Below the pieces are notes generated by a model. It did not search any database and was not told the DNA's origin. It saw nothing but the letters and a program-made list of their open reading frames with translations. Source: Bacteroidota bacterium (GTDB lineage: Bacteria > Bacteroidota > Bacteroidia > Bacteroidales > FEN-979). Taken from it: a stretch of 45,053 nt of DNA. The DNA lies in NCBI GenBank assembly GCA_026391755.1, contig JAPLDN010000346.1, forward strand, positions 1 through 45,053, in the 5' to 3' direction. A program made the position numbers and the translations under genes. Below, in pieces: positions 27,019-35,180 of the stretch (position 1 is its first letter; each line of letters begins with the position of its first letter).

Positions 27019-27061
27019 AGGAACTCTGCTGCAGGACCAACCGTCCTGCAGCAGAGTTCCT
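27019..27061 (-). other. Perfect 18-19 bp stem-loop (GGAACTCTGCTGCAGGAC / 5-nt loop / GTCCTGCAGCAGAGTTCC) between atpE and atpF
   Basis: Arms at 27020-27037 and 27043-27060 are exact reverse complements, and the A27019-T27061 pair extends the stem. No U-tract follows in mRNA sense (the next sequence is UCAAUUAAACAAAAAAAC). Confidence 0.7.
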
Positions 27062-27071
27062 GCCGTTTGCT

Positions 27072-27332
27072 CTAAATGAAAAGGATAAGCAGGCAAACGA
27101 CGATAGCAAAAAATGCTACTCCTTCGACGAGAGCTGCGGCGATGATCATGTTTGACCTGATATCGCCTACTGCTTCCGGCTGGCGGGCAATGGATTCGAG
27201 AGCGCTGCCACCGATTTTACCGATACCGATACCGGCACCGATAACTGCGATCCCTGCGCCCAAACCCGCTCCCATCTTTGCGATCGGAGCCAAACTGGCT
27301 GCGACCTGAAGAATAATTGCTAAAAGAGTCAT
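27072..27332 (-). CDS. atpE: F0F1 ATP synthase subunit c
   Basis: GAGIGIGKIGGSALESIARQPE loop and the carboxylate helix IIAAALVEGVAFFAIVV. Confidence 0.9.
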   Translation of the reverse strand: MTLLAIILQVAASLAPIAKMGAGLGAGIAVIGAGIGIGKIGGSALESIARQPEAVGDIRSNMIIAAALVEGVAFFAIVVCLLILFI

Positions 27333-27382
27333 GATGTTTGTATTAAGGGTTACTACTAGGTTTTCGTAAATCGTAAATCATT

Positions 27383-28531
27383 TTAATGGTGTTCCGGCTC
27401 AATTGTTGCCAAACCGAAATACAGGGCCGACAAGAGCGTGAATACATAAGCCTGGATGAAAGCAACCAGCAGTTCCAGGAGGTTCATGAAGATCATAAAA
27501 GCTACTGCCCCTACCGACACCCCATAACCCAAAACAACGTTCATCGCACCGAAAATGAAGATCAGGCTCACAAATCCAAGGGCAATGATGTGGCCTGCAG
27601 CCATATTGGCAAAGAGTCGGACCATGAGGACAAAAGGTTTTGTTATAACACCTATGATCTCGACGATCGGCATCAGCGGAATCGGAAGTTTAAGCCACCA
27701 GGGAACCCCCGGGGTATTCACAATATCCACCCAGTAATGTTTATTCCCGTTAACCATAGTAAGTATGAAAGTGAACACAGCCATTACCATAGTCACGGCA
27801 ATATTCCCCGTTACATTCGCCCCTCCCGGGAAAATCGGGATAATCCCGAGAATATTATTCAGGAAAATGAAGAAAAAGATAGTGAGCAGGTATGGCATAT
27901 ATTTTTCATACTTCTTCTCCCCAATTGAACTTTTTGCAATGTCGTCACGAACAAAAATGATCAGGGGTTCAAGCATTGATTGCATTCCTTTAGGCGCCTT
28001 GTTCAGGTTACGCTTGTAAGCCCTTGCCACCGAAATAAATACGAACAGCATGATGAAGGCGCTGATAAATATGGCAAGTACTGTCTTGGTAATCGAAAAA
28101 TCATAAACTTTAGGACCTCCCGGTACAGCAGCTGTCCTGACGATTTTGCCTTTCCCGGGGCCCTCTTCGGGAAGGCTGAAGCCGTTGTAGGAACGTTCTT
28201 CATTATGAAACCTTGATGAACAAAAGGAATAAAGCTTTCCATCGTAATACAGGATCACAGGCAAAGGGATCATAAGCTTAAAATGACCGATCTCCAGAAT
28301 ATGCCATTCATGATTATCGACCACATGTTCCATAATCATATCACCTGCATTAAAAACTTCGGCTTTTTTCTCTTTAGATTCTTTCGCGGAAGCGCTGTCG
28401 CTGGCCGGAACCAGGTTTACATTCTCCCTGGCAGAAGCAAATGAAGTAATTCCATGAAAAAAGAAAAACAGGGAAATAAGGATAACAGTCCTGTAAGAGA
28501 ACCTTGCAAATGACTGGAAATGTCTTCTCAT
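27383..28531 (-). CDS. atpB: F0F1 ATP synthase subunit a (long N-terminal region)
   Basis: The C-terminal part carries RLFANMAAGHI and FIQAYVFTLLSALY. The track start at 28549 is TTG, so I use the first ATG at 28531 (MRRHFQS). Confidence 0.85.
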   Translation of the reverse strand: MRRHFQSFARFSYRTVILISLFFFFHGITSFASARENVNLVPASDSASAKESKEKKAEVFNAGDMIMEHVVDNHEWHILEIGHFKLMIPLPVILYYDGKLYSFCSSRFHNEERSYNGFSLPEEGPGKGKIVRTAAVPGGPKVYDFSITKTVLAIFISAFIMLFVFISVARAYKRNLNKAPKGMQSMLEPLIIFVRDDIAKSSIGEKKYEKYMPYLLTIFFFIFLNNILGIIPIFPGGANVTGNIAVTMVMAVFTFILTMVNGNKHYWVDIVNTPGVPWWLKLPIPLMPIVEIIGVITKPFVLMVRLFANMAAGHIIALGFVSLIFIFGAMNVVLGYGVSVGAVAFMIFMNLLELLVAFIQAYVFTLLSALYFGLATIEPEHH

Positions 28532-28585
28532 TTTTAGGATAGAAATCAAGGCTGCAATGATAAGAATTTTTCTGATGTAAAAGAG

Positions 28586-28954
28586 CTATTTTTTGGAAAC
28601 GAGGGGGTTATTTACATACAGGATGGCCGTTTCATCAATGCCGGCATAAACTTGTGTTGCCCCGTAATTTTCCCAGTGCTCGGTATCATAATAGGTAATG
28701 ATCGGCGTCAGGTCATGAAAATATACCCTGCCGTTGGCATCTGTATAAAGTGAATTTATCCAGACATGATTTCTCAGGTTCTGGTAACTCGTGGCCAGGT
28801 AAACCAGTTCATTCGGGACGACAGTATTTGTCATGTAATCATATACAATAACGGTCAGTGTACCGGTAGATGGGTTCTTGGAACTGCACCCGGAAAACAG
28901 CATCAGCCAGGAAAATGTAATGGCACTGAGCACCATAAAAAAACTTTTACGCAT
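28586..28954 (-). CDS. Small lipoprotein, probable beta-sandwich (carboxypeptidase-regulatory-like) domain, function unknown
   Basis: Lipobox LMLFSGCSS, then the GTLTVIVYD...TDANGRVYFHDL pattern. The track start at 28963 is TTG, so I use the ATG at 28954. The stop lies 54 nt upstream of the called atpB ATG at 28531 (36 nt from the track TTG start at 28549). Confidence 0.5.
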   Translation of the reverse strand: MRKSFFMVLSAITFSWLMLFSGCSSKNPSTGTLTVIVYDYMTNTVVPNELVYLATSYQNLRNHVWINSLYTDANGRVYFHDLTPIITYYDTEHWENYGATQVYAGIDETAILYVNNPLVSKK

Positions 28955-29045
28955 ATCCGTCAATTTTAAAGTGGAAAATCCAATAATCCTGATTCAAGTA
29001 TCGTATTGAATCCCATAACAATAATAGGGATTTTTAACGTTGCTG

Positions 29046-29053
29046 CAAAATTA
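29046..29053 (-). promoter_or_regulatory. Candidate -7 box TAATTTTG for the lipoprotein-atpBEFHAG transcription unit
   Basis: Exact motif on the minus strand, about 90 nt before the ATG at 28954. Confidence 0.3.
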
Positions 29054-29136
29054 AGGATTTTTTTGCGGGACGCAAGCCATTTCTGTAACCTTTAGCTCAA
29101 TTACACGTCTTAATGTACCATTCACGGGAAATTGAC

Positions 29137-29144
29137 TAATTTTG
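29137..29144 (+). promoter_or_regulatory. Candidate -7 box TAATTTTG for the tolC-like/MFP/tsaB unit
   Basis: Exact motif, 42 nt before the ATG at 29187. Confidence 0.3.
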
Positions 29145-29186
29145 AGGTTCCCATTCCTTGCTAAACACTATAAAAAATCAAACGTA

Positions 29187-30638
29187 ATGCGGGTAAAAAA
29201 ATTCTTTATTTCTGGCCTTGTTATTCTTGCAGCCCTTTTGCTTACTACTTTCGAGGCCAGGTCACAAAAAATCTGGACTCTGGAGGATTGCATCAACTAT
29301 GCCCTTGAAAACAACCTGGATATCCAGAAGCAGATCCAGTCGGTGGAGTCCAATAAAGCAAACCTGACCCAGAGTGCAGTCAGCATGCTTCCGAATCTGA
29401 ATGCAAATGGTTCAAATTACTGGAATTTCGGTCAAACCATTGACCAGTATACTAATACGTTTGCAACTACTACCGTACGCTCAAACAATTTCTATCTCTC
29501 CAGCAGCATGGTGCTTTTTAACGGCCTGCAGAAGCTAAACACTGTAAAACAATATAAGATCATGGTGCTGGCCAGCCAGTATGACCTGGATGTTATCAAG
29601 AACAATATTTCTCTTTCAGTGGCAGGATATTATCTTGACATCCTCTTTAATACCGAACTCCTGGAAGTAGCTAACGAACAGCTCAGGATAACCAAATTGC
29701 AGGTCGACCGTATGCAGAAGATGGTGGATGCCGGTTCATCGGCGAAAGGTGACCTCCTGAATATACAGGCCCAGAGGGCGGCAGAGGAACTCACACAGGT
29801 ACAGGCCTCAAACCAGCTGTACATATCTTATCTGTCGCTTCAACAACTGATCGATATTCCCGTAAGCAGGGACTTCAATATTGAAAAACCGAATCTTAAA
29901 GCAGTTGAGGCACCAAAGCAGCCTGTTACACCAGAGATTATTTATGAACGTTCACTGAAAACAAGGCCCGAGATCAGGGCCGCCGAGCTGAGGGTTGATG
30001 CAGCACAGAAACGCCTTGCTATCGCCAGGGGGATCATAACTCCCACACTTTCGGTGAGCGGGTCCTGGGGAACGGGATATTCAGGTGCAGCCAAGGAGAT
30101 CGACCCTAATATTAATCCGACTATTTCCAGCTATAAAATGGGTATCACCCAGCTTTCACATGATACTGTTATTGGATACCAGATGAATTATGCTACCCGT
30201 GTCAAATCCTTTGGCGACCAGCTTAAAACAAACAACAACCAGAGCGTTGGCTTCAACCTGAGCATCCCTATCTTTAATGGCTGGCAGGGCCGAACCAATA
30301 TTACCCAGGCCAAAATAGCGAAAAACCAGGCCGAACTCGACCTGGATATTCAAAAAAGGTCACTTCGCAAACTTATTGAACAGTCTTACGCCGATGCGGT
30401 TGCTTCGCTTCAGAAATACAATTCATCCCTTGAACGGGTTAACGCCCAAACTGAATCCTTCAAATATACCCAGCAGAAATTCGATGTGGGGCTGATGACA
30501 TCCTTTGATTATAACAACAGCAAAAAGGACCTTACAAAAGCCCAGTCTGACCTGCTGCAGGCAAAATATGATTTTATCTTCAAAACCACAATTCTGGATT
30601 TCTATGCGGGCAATCCGATTCGAATCCAGCAGAAATAG
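29187..30638 (+). CDS. TolC family outer membrane efflux protein
   Basis: Signal peptide, then the typical start KIWTLEDCINYALENNLDIQ and two repeats of the OEP helical/barrel pattern. The track start at 29142 is TTG, so I use the ATG at 29187. Confidence 0.8.
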   Translation: MRVKKFFISGLVILAALLLTTFEARSQKIWTLEDCINYALENNLDIQKQIQSVESNKANLTQSAVSMLPNLNANGSNYWNFGQTIDQYTNTFATTTVRSNNFYLSSSMVLFNGLQKLNTVKQYKIMVLASQYDLDVIKNNISLSVAGYYLDILFNTELLEVANEQLRITKLQVDRMQKMVDAGSSAKGDLLNIQAQRAAEELTQVQASNQLYISYLSLQQLIDIPVSRDFNIEKPNLKAVEAPKQPVTPEIIYERSLKTRPEIRAAELRVDAAQKRLAIARGIITPTLSVSGSWGTGYSGAAKEIDPNINPTISSYKMGITQLSHDTVIGYQMNYATRVKSFGDQLKTNNNQSVGFNLSIPIFNGWQGRTNITQAKIAKNQAELDLDIQKRSLRKLIEQSYADAVASLQKYNSSLERVNAQTESFKYTQQKFDVGLMTSFDYNNSKKDLTKAQSDLLQAKYDFIFKTTILDFYAGNPIRIQQK

Positions 30639-30668
30639 TATCAGTTTAATAAGTAAAATACTCTTTGC

Positions 30669-32048
30669 ATGAGCTCAGTAAAATCCAGGAAAAAATTATG
30701 GATCATCATCGCAGCGGTTGCCGTTGTAGCGGTTATTGTAATTTTCGCAATAATCAAAGGAAAAGGCAATGATGCCCAGAAGGTCTCTACCGAAAAAGTG
30801 ATCAAACGTACTATAATCCAAACTGTATCTTCAAACGGAAAGATACAGCCCGAAAAAGACATTAAAATCAGTCCGTATATCTCGGGAGAGGTGGTGGAAC
30901 TTACTGTCAAAGAAGGCGAACAGGTGAATAAAGGCGACCTTCTGGCCAAGATTGACCCCCAAATCTATATTTCCGCTTTTGATCAGAGCGAAGCTTCAGT
31001 GAATACGCAGAAAGCCAACCTGGCTAACTCCAAGGCAAGGCTTGCCCAATCAAAAGCTACATTTGAAAATGCCAGGCTGACCTTTGAGCGCCAGGAAAAA
31101 CTTTACCAGCAGAATGTAATTTCCAAAGCCGAATATGACCAGTCCAAAGCTTCTTTCCAGGTATCACAGGCACAGGTAGCTGCAGGGGAGCAGGACCTCA
31201 ATGCATCGGAATTCATGGTGAAAAATTCAGAGGCTGGATTGAAAAGGTCAAAGGAGGACCTGACCCGCACAGCGATTTTCGCCCCGAATGACGGAACAGT
31301 TTCAAAACTTAGTGTATTAAAAGGCGAGCGCGTTACCGGCGCATCCCAGTTTTCAAGCGGTACCGAGATAATGAGAATTGCCAACCTGAACGAAATGCAG
31401 GCTTTGGTGGAAGTAAACGAAAACGATATCGTAAGGGTGAGGATGGGCGATACTGCCCTTATTGAAGTTGATGCATACCTGAACAGGAAATTCAAGGGTA
31501 TAGTTACCGAAATAGCCACTTCAGCAAATACCACGGGTGTAAGTGTTGACCAGGTCACCAATTTCAACGTGAAGATCCATCTTCTTAAAGAAGCTTACCA
31601 GGACCTGCTTGACCCCGCAAGGCCTGATTTTTCTCCTTTCAGGCCGGGTATGTCATGTACCGTGGAAATACAGACTGAAACGGCTGTCAACGTGCTTTCC
31701 GTTCCTATCCAGGCCGTGACAACAAGAGTGGCCAAGGACAGTCTTGATAAAATGAATGAGAAGACCCGAAAGACCCAGGATAACGGAGAGGACAAAACAA
31801 TTATCGTTAGTTCTAAGAAAAAAACGGATGAGGTCAAGGAATGTGTATTTAAGTTTACCGACGGCACAGCCAAAAAAGTTGATGTGAAAACCGGCATCCA
31901 GGACAATACCAACATCCAGATAATTACAGGCCTTAAGGAAGGTGATGAAGTTATCGTTGCACCTTATTCCCTTGTCTCGAAAACCCTCAAGGACGGGGAT
32001 AAGGTGAAGAAGGTCGACAAGAAAGATCTTTTTGAAAAGGAAAAATAG
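30669..32048 (+). CDS. Efflux transporter periplasmic adaptor (HlyD/MacA-type membrane fusion protein)
   Basis: N-terminal TM, a lipoyl-like motif (GEVVELTVKEGEQVNKGDLLAKID), a long coiled coil, and beta-barrel/MP domains. Confidence 0.8.
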   Translation: MSSVKSRKKLWIIIAAVAVVAVIVIFAIIKGKGNDAQKVSTEKVIKRTIIQTVSSNGKIQPEKDIKISPYISGEVVELTVKEGEQVNKGDLLAKIDPQIYISAFDQSEASVNTQKANLANSKARLAQSKATFENARLTFERQEKLYQQNVISKAEYDQSKASFQVSQAQVAAGEQDLNASEFMVKNSEAGLKRSKEDLTRTAIFAPNDGTVSKLSVLKGERVTGASQFSSGTEIMRIANLNEMQALVEVNENDIVRVRMGDTALIEVDAYLNRKFKGIVTEIATSANTTGVSVDQVTNFNVKIHLLKEAYQDLLDPARPDFSPFRPGMSCTVEIQTETAVNVLSVPIQAVTTRVAKDSLDKMNEKTRKTQDNGEDKTIIVSSKKKTDEVKECVFKFTDGTAKKVDVKTGIQDNTNIQIITGLKEGDEVIVAPYSLVSKTLKDGDKVKKVDKKDLFEKEK

Positions 32049-32051
32049 ACT

Positions 32052-32750
32052 ATGGGCTCTGTCCTTTGTCTTGAAACCTCCTCGGGTGTTTGTTCCGTTG
32101 CCGTTGGCAAAGATGGCATTATACTCAGCTGTCATGAATCGGATCAAAAAAATGCCCATTCCTCCCAGCTTACATCCCAGGTCGATCGCGCGCTGCGGGA
32201 TGCCGGTTTAACCTTACCTGAACTGGATGCAATAGCAGTGAGCATGGGCCCGGGCTCCTACACGGGATTAAGGATTGGGGTCGCGGCAGCCAAAGGCTTT
32301 TGCTACGCCCTGAGCAAACCCATGATCGCAATCCCCACTTTGAAAGCCCTTGCACTCGGGATGCGTGAACTGAATAACATTGAAGGCTCTTTCCTGCTCT
32401 GTCCCATGCTTGATGCAAGAAGAATGGAGGTCTACACTGCGGTCTACGACAGAAACCTGGCTGAGATACACCCTGTTTCTGCCGAAATCATAAGCGGGGA
32501 ATCATTTGCCGATCTTCTCAATTCCGGGACTGTAATTTTTGGCGGAGAAGGTGCTGAAAAATGCAAACCTCTTTTAGGGCCACTGAAGAATGCCGTCTTC
32601 ATTGATGATTTCAGGTTATCCGCCCGTTTTTTATATCCCCTGGCTCTTGAAAAATTCAGGCTTGGATCTTTTGAAAACCTTGCTTATTTCGAACCGTATT
32701 ATCTGAAAGATTTTGTTGCCGGGAAAGCTAGGGTGAAAGGGCTGAAATAG
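32052..32750 (+). CDS. tsaB: tRNA t6A37 threonylcarbamoyl transfer protein TsaB
   Basis: LCLETSSGVCSVAV ... AVSMGPGSYTGLRIGVAAAKG. Starts 3 nt after the MFP stop. Confidence 0.85.
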   Translation: MGSVLCLETSSGVCSVAVGKDGIILSCHESDQKNAHSSQLTSQVDRALRDAGLTLPELDAIAVSMGPGSYTGLRIGVAAAKGFCYALSKPMIAIPTLKALALGMRELNNIEGSFLLCPMLDARRMEVYTAVYDRNLAEIHPVSAEIISGESFADLLNSGTVIFGGEGAEKCKPLLGPLKNAVFIDDFRLSARFLYPLALEKFRLGSFENLAYFEPYYLKDFVAGKARVKGLK

Positions 32751-32958
32751 TTACTCCGCTCGCAACCTTACATCGCGTCTGCGACTGTCGCTCGTATAAA
32801 TGCAACGCTGCTGCGCCTTCTGCGTTGCTTACATTAGCATTCCCCAAGTTAGAATCTTTCCCCAGGTTCGCTCCTTGAAGCCAAGGCAGCTTGTGCATTA
32901 TACTTCGCTCATCACAGTCAATACAGCTTTTGCAAATTGTATCGCTAAATAAATTCAT

Positions 32959-32966
32959 TACTTTTG
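32959..32966 (+). promoter_or_regulatory. TACTTTTG -7-like box only 4 nt before the ispG ATG
   Basis: Exact TAnnTTTG match. If functional it would give a leaderless or near-leaderless ispG mRNA. It may be coincidental. Confidence 0.2.
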
Positions 32967-32970
32967 TATC

Positions 32971-34161
32971 ATGTCGGTATCAAAATACAGTAGGTTTAAG
33001 ACCCGGGTCATTGACATTGGAGGGATTCCAATGGGAGGCAACTACCCCATCAGGGTACAGTCCATGACCAATACAGATACGCTTGACACTACTTCAACGC
33101 TGGCACAGTGTGTGAGGATGATAACCGCAGGATGCGAGTATGTACGCATAGCAGTTCCCGGGATTAAGGAAGCTGAGAATCTGAAAAACATAAGGAAATT
33201 ACTTAAGAAAGAAGGGTTTGATACTCCCCTGATAGCCGATGTACATTTCAATCCCGCCATTGCAGAACTCGCCGCCCGTATCGTTGAGAAAGTCAGAATA
33301 AACCCAGGGAATTATACAGGGAAAAAAGGAAGGCAGGCCGATTCGGGTTACTGGATGGATGATAACAATTATACCAGGGAATTAGCGATTATTTCGGAAA
33401 GGATATCTCCTTTGCTCAAGATCTGCAGGGAAAACGGTACTGCGTTGAGAATAGGTGTCAACCACGGTTCCTTATCCGAGCGTATCAAAACAAGGTTTGG
33501 CGACACTCCTGAAGGGATGGTTGAATCGGCTCTCGAATTTGCAAGGATTTGTGATTTTCACGGCTTCAGTAATCTGGTCCTTTCACTTAAAGCCAGCAAC
33601 ACAAGAGTTATGATACAGTCCAACCGCCTGCTCGTTAAAAAATTGAAATCGGCAGGTATGGATTACCCTGTTCACCTTGGTGTAACTGAAGCTGGAACCG
33701 GTGAAGACGGGCGTCTGAAATCGGCTATTGGTATTGGAAGCCTCCTCGCCGATGGCATTGGAGATACTATCAGGGTTTCAATAACTGAAGATCCGGAGTT
33801 TGAAATACCTGTAGCTTACGGCATTCTTCAGGCAACAGGGGTAAGGATCACACGTACCGAGTTCATTTCCTGCCCTTCCTGTGCCAGAACTTTGTTTAAT
33901 ATCCAGGAAGCAGTGGAAGATGTTAAGGCCGCTACAGGACATCTTAAAGGCCTGAAGATCGCGGTCATGGGATGTATTGTGAATGGTCCCGGCGAAATGG
34001 CAGATGCTGACTATGGCTATGTGGGTGGTGCCAAAGGTAAAGTCATGCTCTACAAAAGCCAGGATCTGGTAAGGAAGAACATCCCGGAGGATAATGCCGT
34101 CGAGGAACTGATAAAACTGATCAAAGAAAATAATGACTGGGTCGACCCCGTCAATGCCTGA
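32971..34161 (+). CDS. ispG: 4-hydroxy-3-methylbut-2-en-1-yl diphosphate synthase (IspG/GcpE), two-domain length
   Basis: PIRVQSMTNTDT, RINPGNY, LHLGVTEAG, SCPSCARTLF, MGCIVNGPGEMADADYGYVGG. Confidence 0.9.
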   Translation: MSVSKYSRFKTRVIDIGGIPMGGNYPIRVQSMTNTDTLDTTSTLAQCVRMITAGCEYVRIAVPGIKEAENLKNIRKLLKKEGFDTPLIADVHFNPAIAELAARIVEKVRINPGNYTGKKGRQADSGYWMDDNNYTRELAIISERISPLLKICRENGTALRIGVNHGSLSERIKTRFGDTPEGMVESALEFARICDFHGFSNLVLSLKASNTRVMIQSNRLLVKKLKSAGMDYPVHLGVTEAGTGEDGRLKSAIGIGSLLADGIGDTIRVSITEDPEFEIPVAYGILQATGVRITRTEFISCPSCARTLFNIQEAVEDVKAATGHLKGLKIAVMGCIVNGPGEMADADYGYVGGAKGKVMLYKSQDLVRKNIPEDNAVEELIKLIKENNDWVDPVNA

Positions 34162-34164
34162 GAT

Positions 34165-35100
34165 CTAGCTTACGACAGTCCTTATTCCCAGTGGGATAAT
34201 GTCAAATGTAAACGGGGTATGCCCAAGCGACTCCCCATCGGCTTCCAGGTAGATACTTCCCGTTGAACGTATCCTGATTTGTTTTCCCCTGAATGTTTTG
34301 ACTATGGGCAAATCAACGAGAGAGCCGTCATAGAGTTTACGGGCATGCTGGATCACGACGTATTTCGGAGCTTTTTTGATCAGGGTTACATCGAGGAGCC
34401 CGTCATCCGGGATGGCAAACGGCACTTGTTTCATACCCCCTCCGTTAAATTTGCATATCCCCACATTCATCGAGAATATCTCCCCTTTGAAAACCATCTC
34501 CCCGTCAACTTCAATTACAGCTTCCATGAAACTATATTGAAAAAGGCTGGCAAACACAAAGTAAAAATATGTAAATGAGCCGCCCCTCCCTTTTTCCTTT
34601 AAAATATTCGTCTTTTTTGCAACCAGGGCATCATAACCCAGTCCTGCTACATTCATGAAATACCGGGTTTCAGGTATGTCATGATGATAATGGATTACCT
34701 TGCCAACATCCTGTATAAAGGTTTTTTCCTGCCTGAGGACTTCCAGGGCTTTTTTATAATCAAACGGGATATTGAACGACCTGCACCAGTCGTTTCCGGT
34801 TCCGACAGGTATCATCCCTAACAGAATCTCCTTCGGATCTACAGCCTGCTGGTTGAAAACACCGTTCAGGACTTCATTCAGGGTTCCGTCACCTCCTACA
34901 ACGGCGATCCGCCGGTAACCATTTTTTATACACTCAGTGCTGAGATCGATTGCATGTCCGCGGTGGGTTGTAAGGACGGTCTCATAAGGGATGCCCGACT
35001 CCCTGATGAGCCTGTAAATTTTTGGCCAGTCACGGACTCCCTTCCTGCTTCCTGCATTAGGATTGACTATGAAAAACCATTTCGATAAATGTTCCGGCAT
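34165..35100 (-). CDS. Diacylglycerol kinase family lipid kinase (YegS/BmrU-like)
   Basis: FIVNPNAGS..., VVGGDGTLNEV, and the GTGNDW motif. Confidence 0.8.
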   Translation of the reverse strand: MPEHLSKWFFIVNPNAGSRKGVRDWPKIYRLIRESGIPYETVLTTHRGHAIDLSTECIKNGYRRIAVVGGDGTLNEVLNGVFNQQAVDPKEILLGMIPVGTGNDWCRSFNIPFDYKKALEVLRQEKTFIQDVGKVIHYHHDIPETRYFMNVAGLGYDALVAKKTNILKEKGRGGSFTYFYFVFASLFQYSFMEAVIEVDGEMVFKGEIFSMNVGICKFNGGGMKQVPFAIPDDGLLDVTLIKKAPKYVVIQHARKLYDGSLVDLPIVKTFRGKQIRIRSTGSIYLEADGESLGHTPFTFDIIPLGIRTVVS

Positions 35101-35180
35101 AAACCAGTAAGATCAAATTTTCATAAGGTCAGGCAAGTTAATTATTTTTTGTTTTACCTTTATGGAATAATTGGATCCCT

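Noticed and set aside
26580-27155. 191-aa Ser/Leu-rich plus-strand ORF
   Set aside because: It is antisense to atpF and the atpE 3' end. Its low-complexity composition is typical of the reverse frame of a charged coiled-coil gene.
27072-27332. Possible Na+-translocating c-ring
   Set aside because: Helix 1 has GIGKIGG (no Gln) and helix 2 has VEGVAFF (no Ser/Thr after the Glu). The Na+-binding Q...ES/T pattern is therefore absent, and the subunit is consistent with an H+ enzyme.
28991-29012. Inverted repeat gattcaa-N8-ttgaatc in the divergent lipoprotein/tolC promoter region
   Set aside because: The stem is only 7 bp and AT-rich and cannot be extended. It is compatible with chance in an AT-rich spacer.
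31653-32159. 168-aa minus-strand ORF spanning the MFP-tsaB junction
   Set aside because: It is antisense to two well-supported genes, with no recognisable domain.
32865-32874. GGTTCGCTCC, reminiscent of a tRNA T-loop, in the tsaB-ispG spacer
   Set aside because: The flanking bases cannot form a 5-bp T-stem, and I could not build an acceptor or anticodon arm on either strand.
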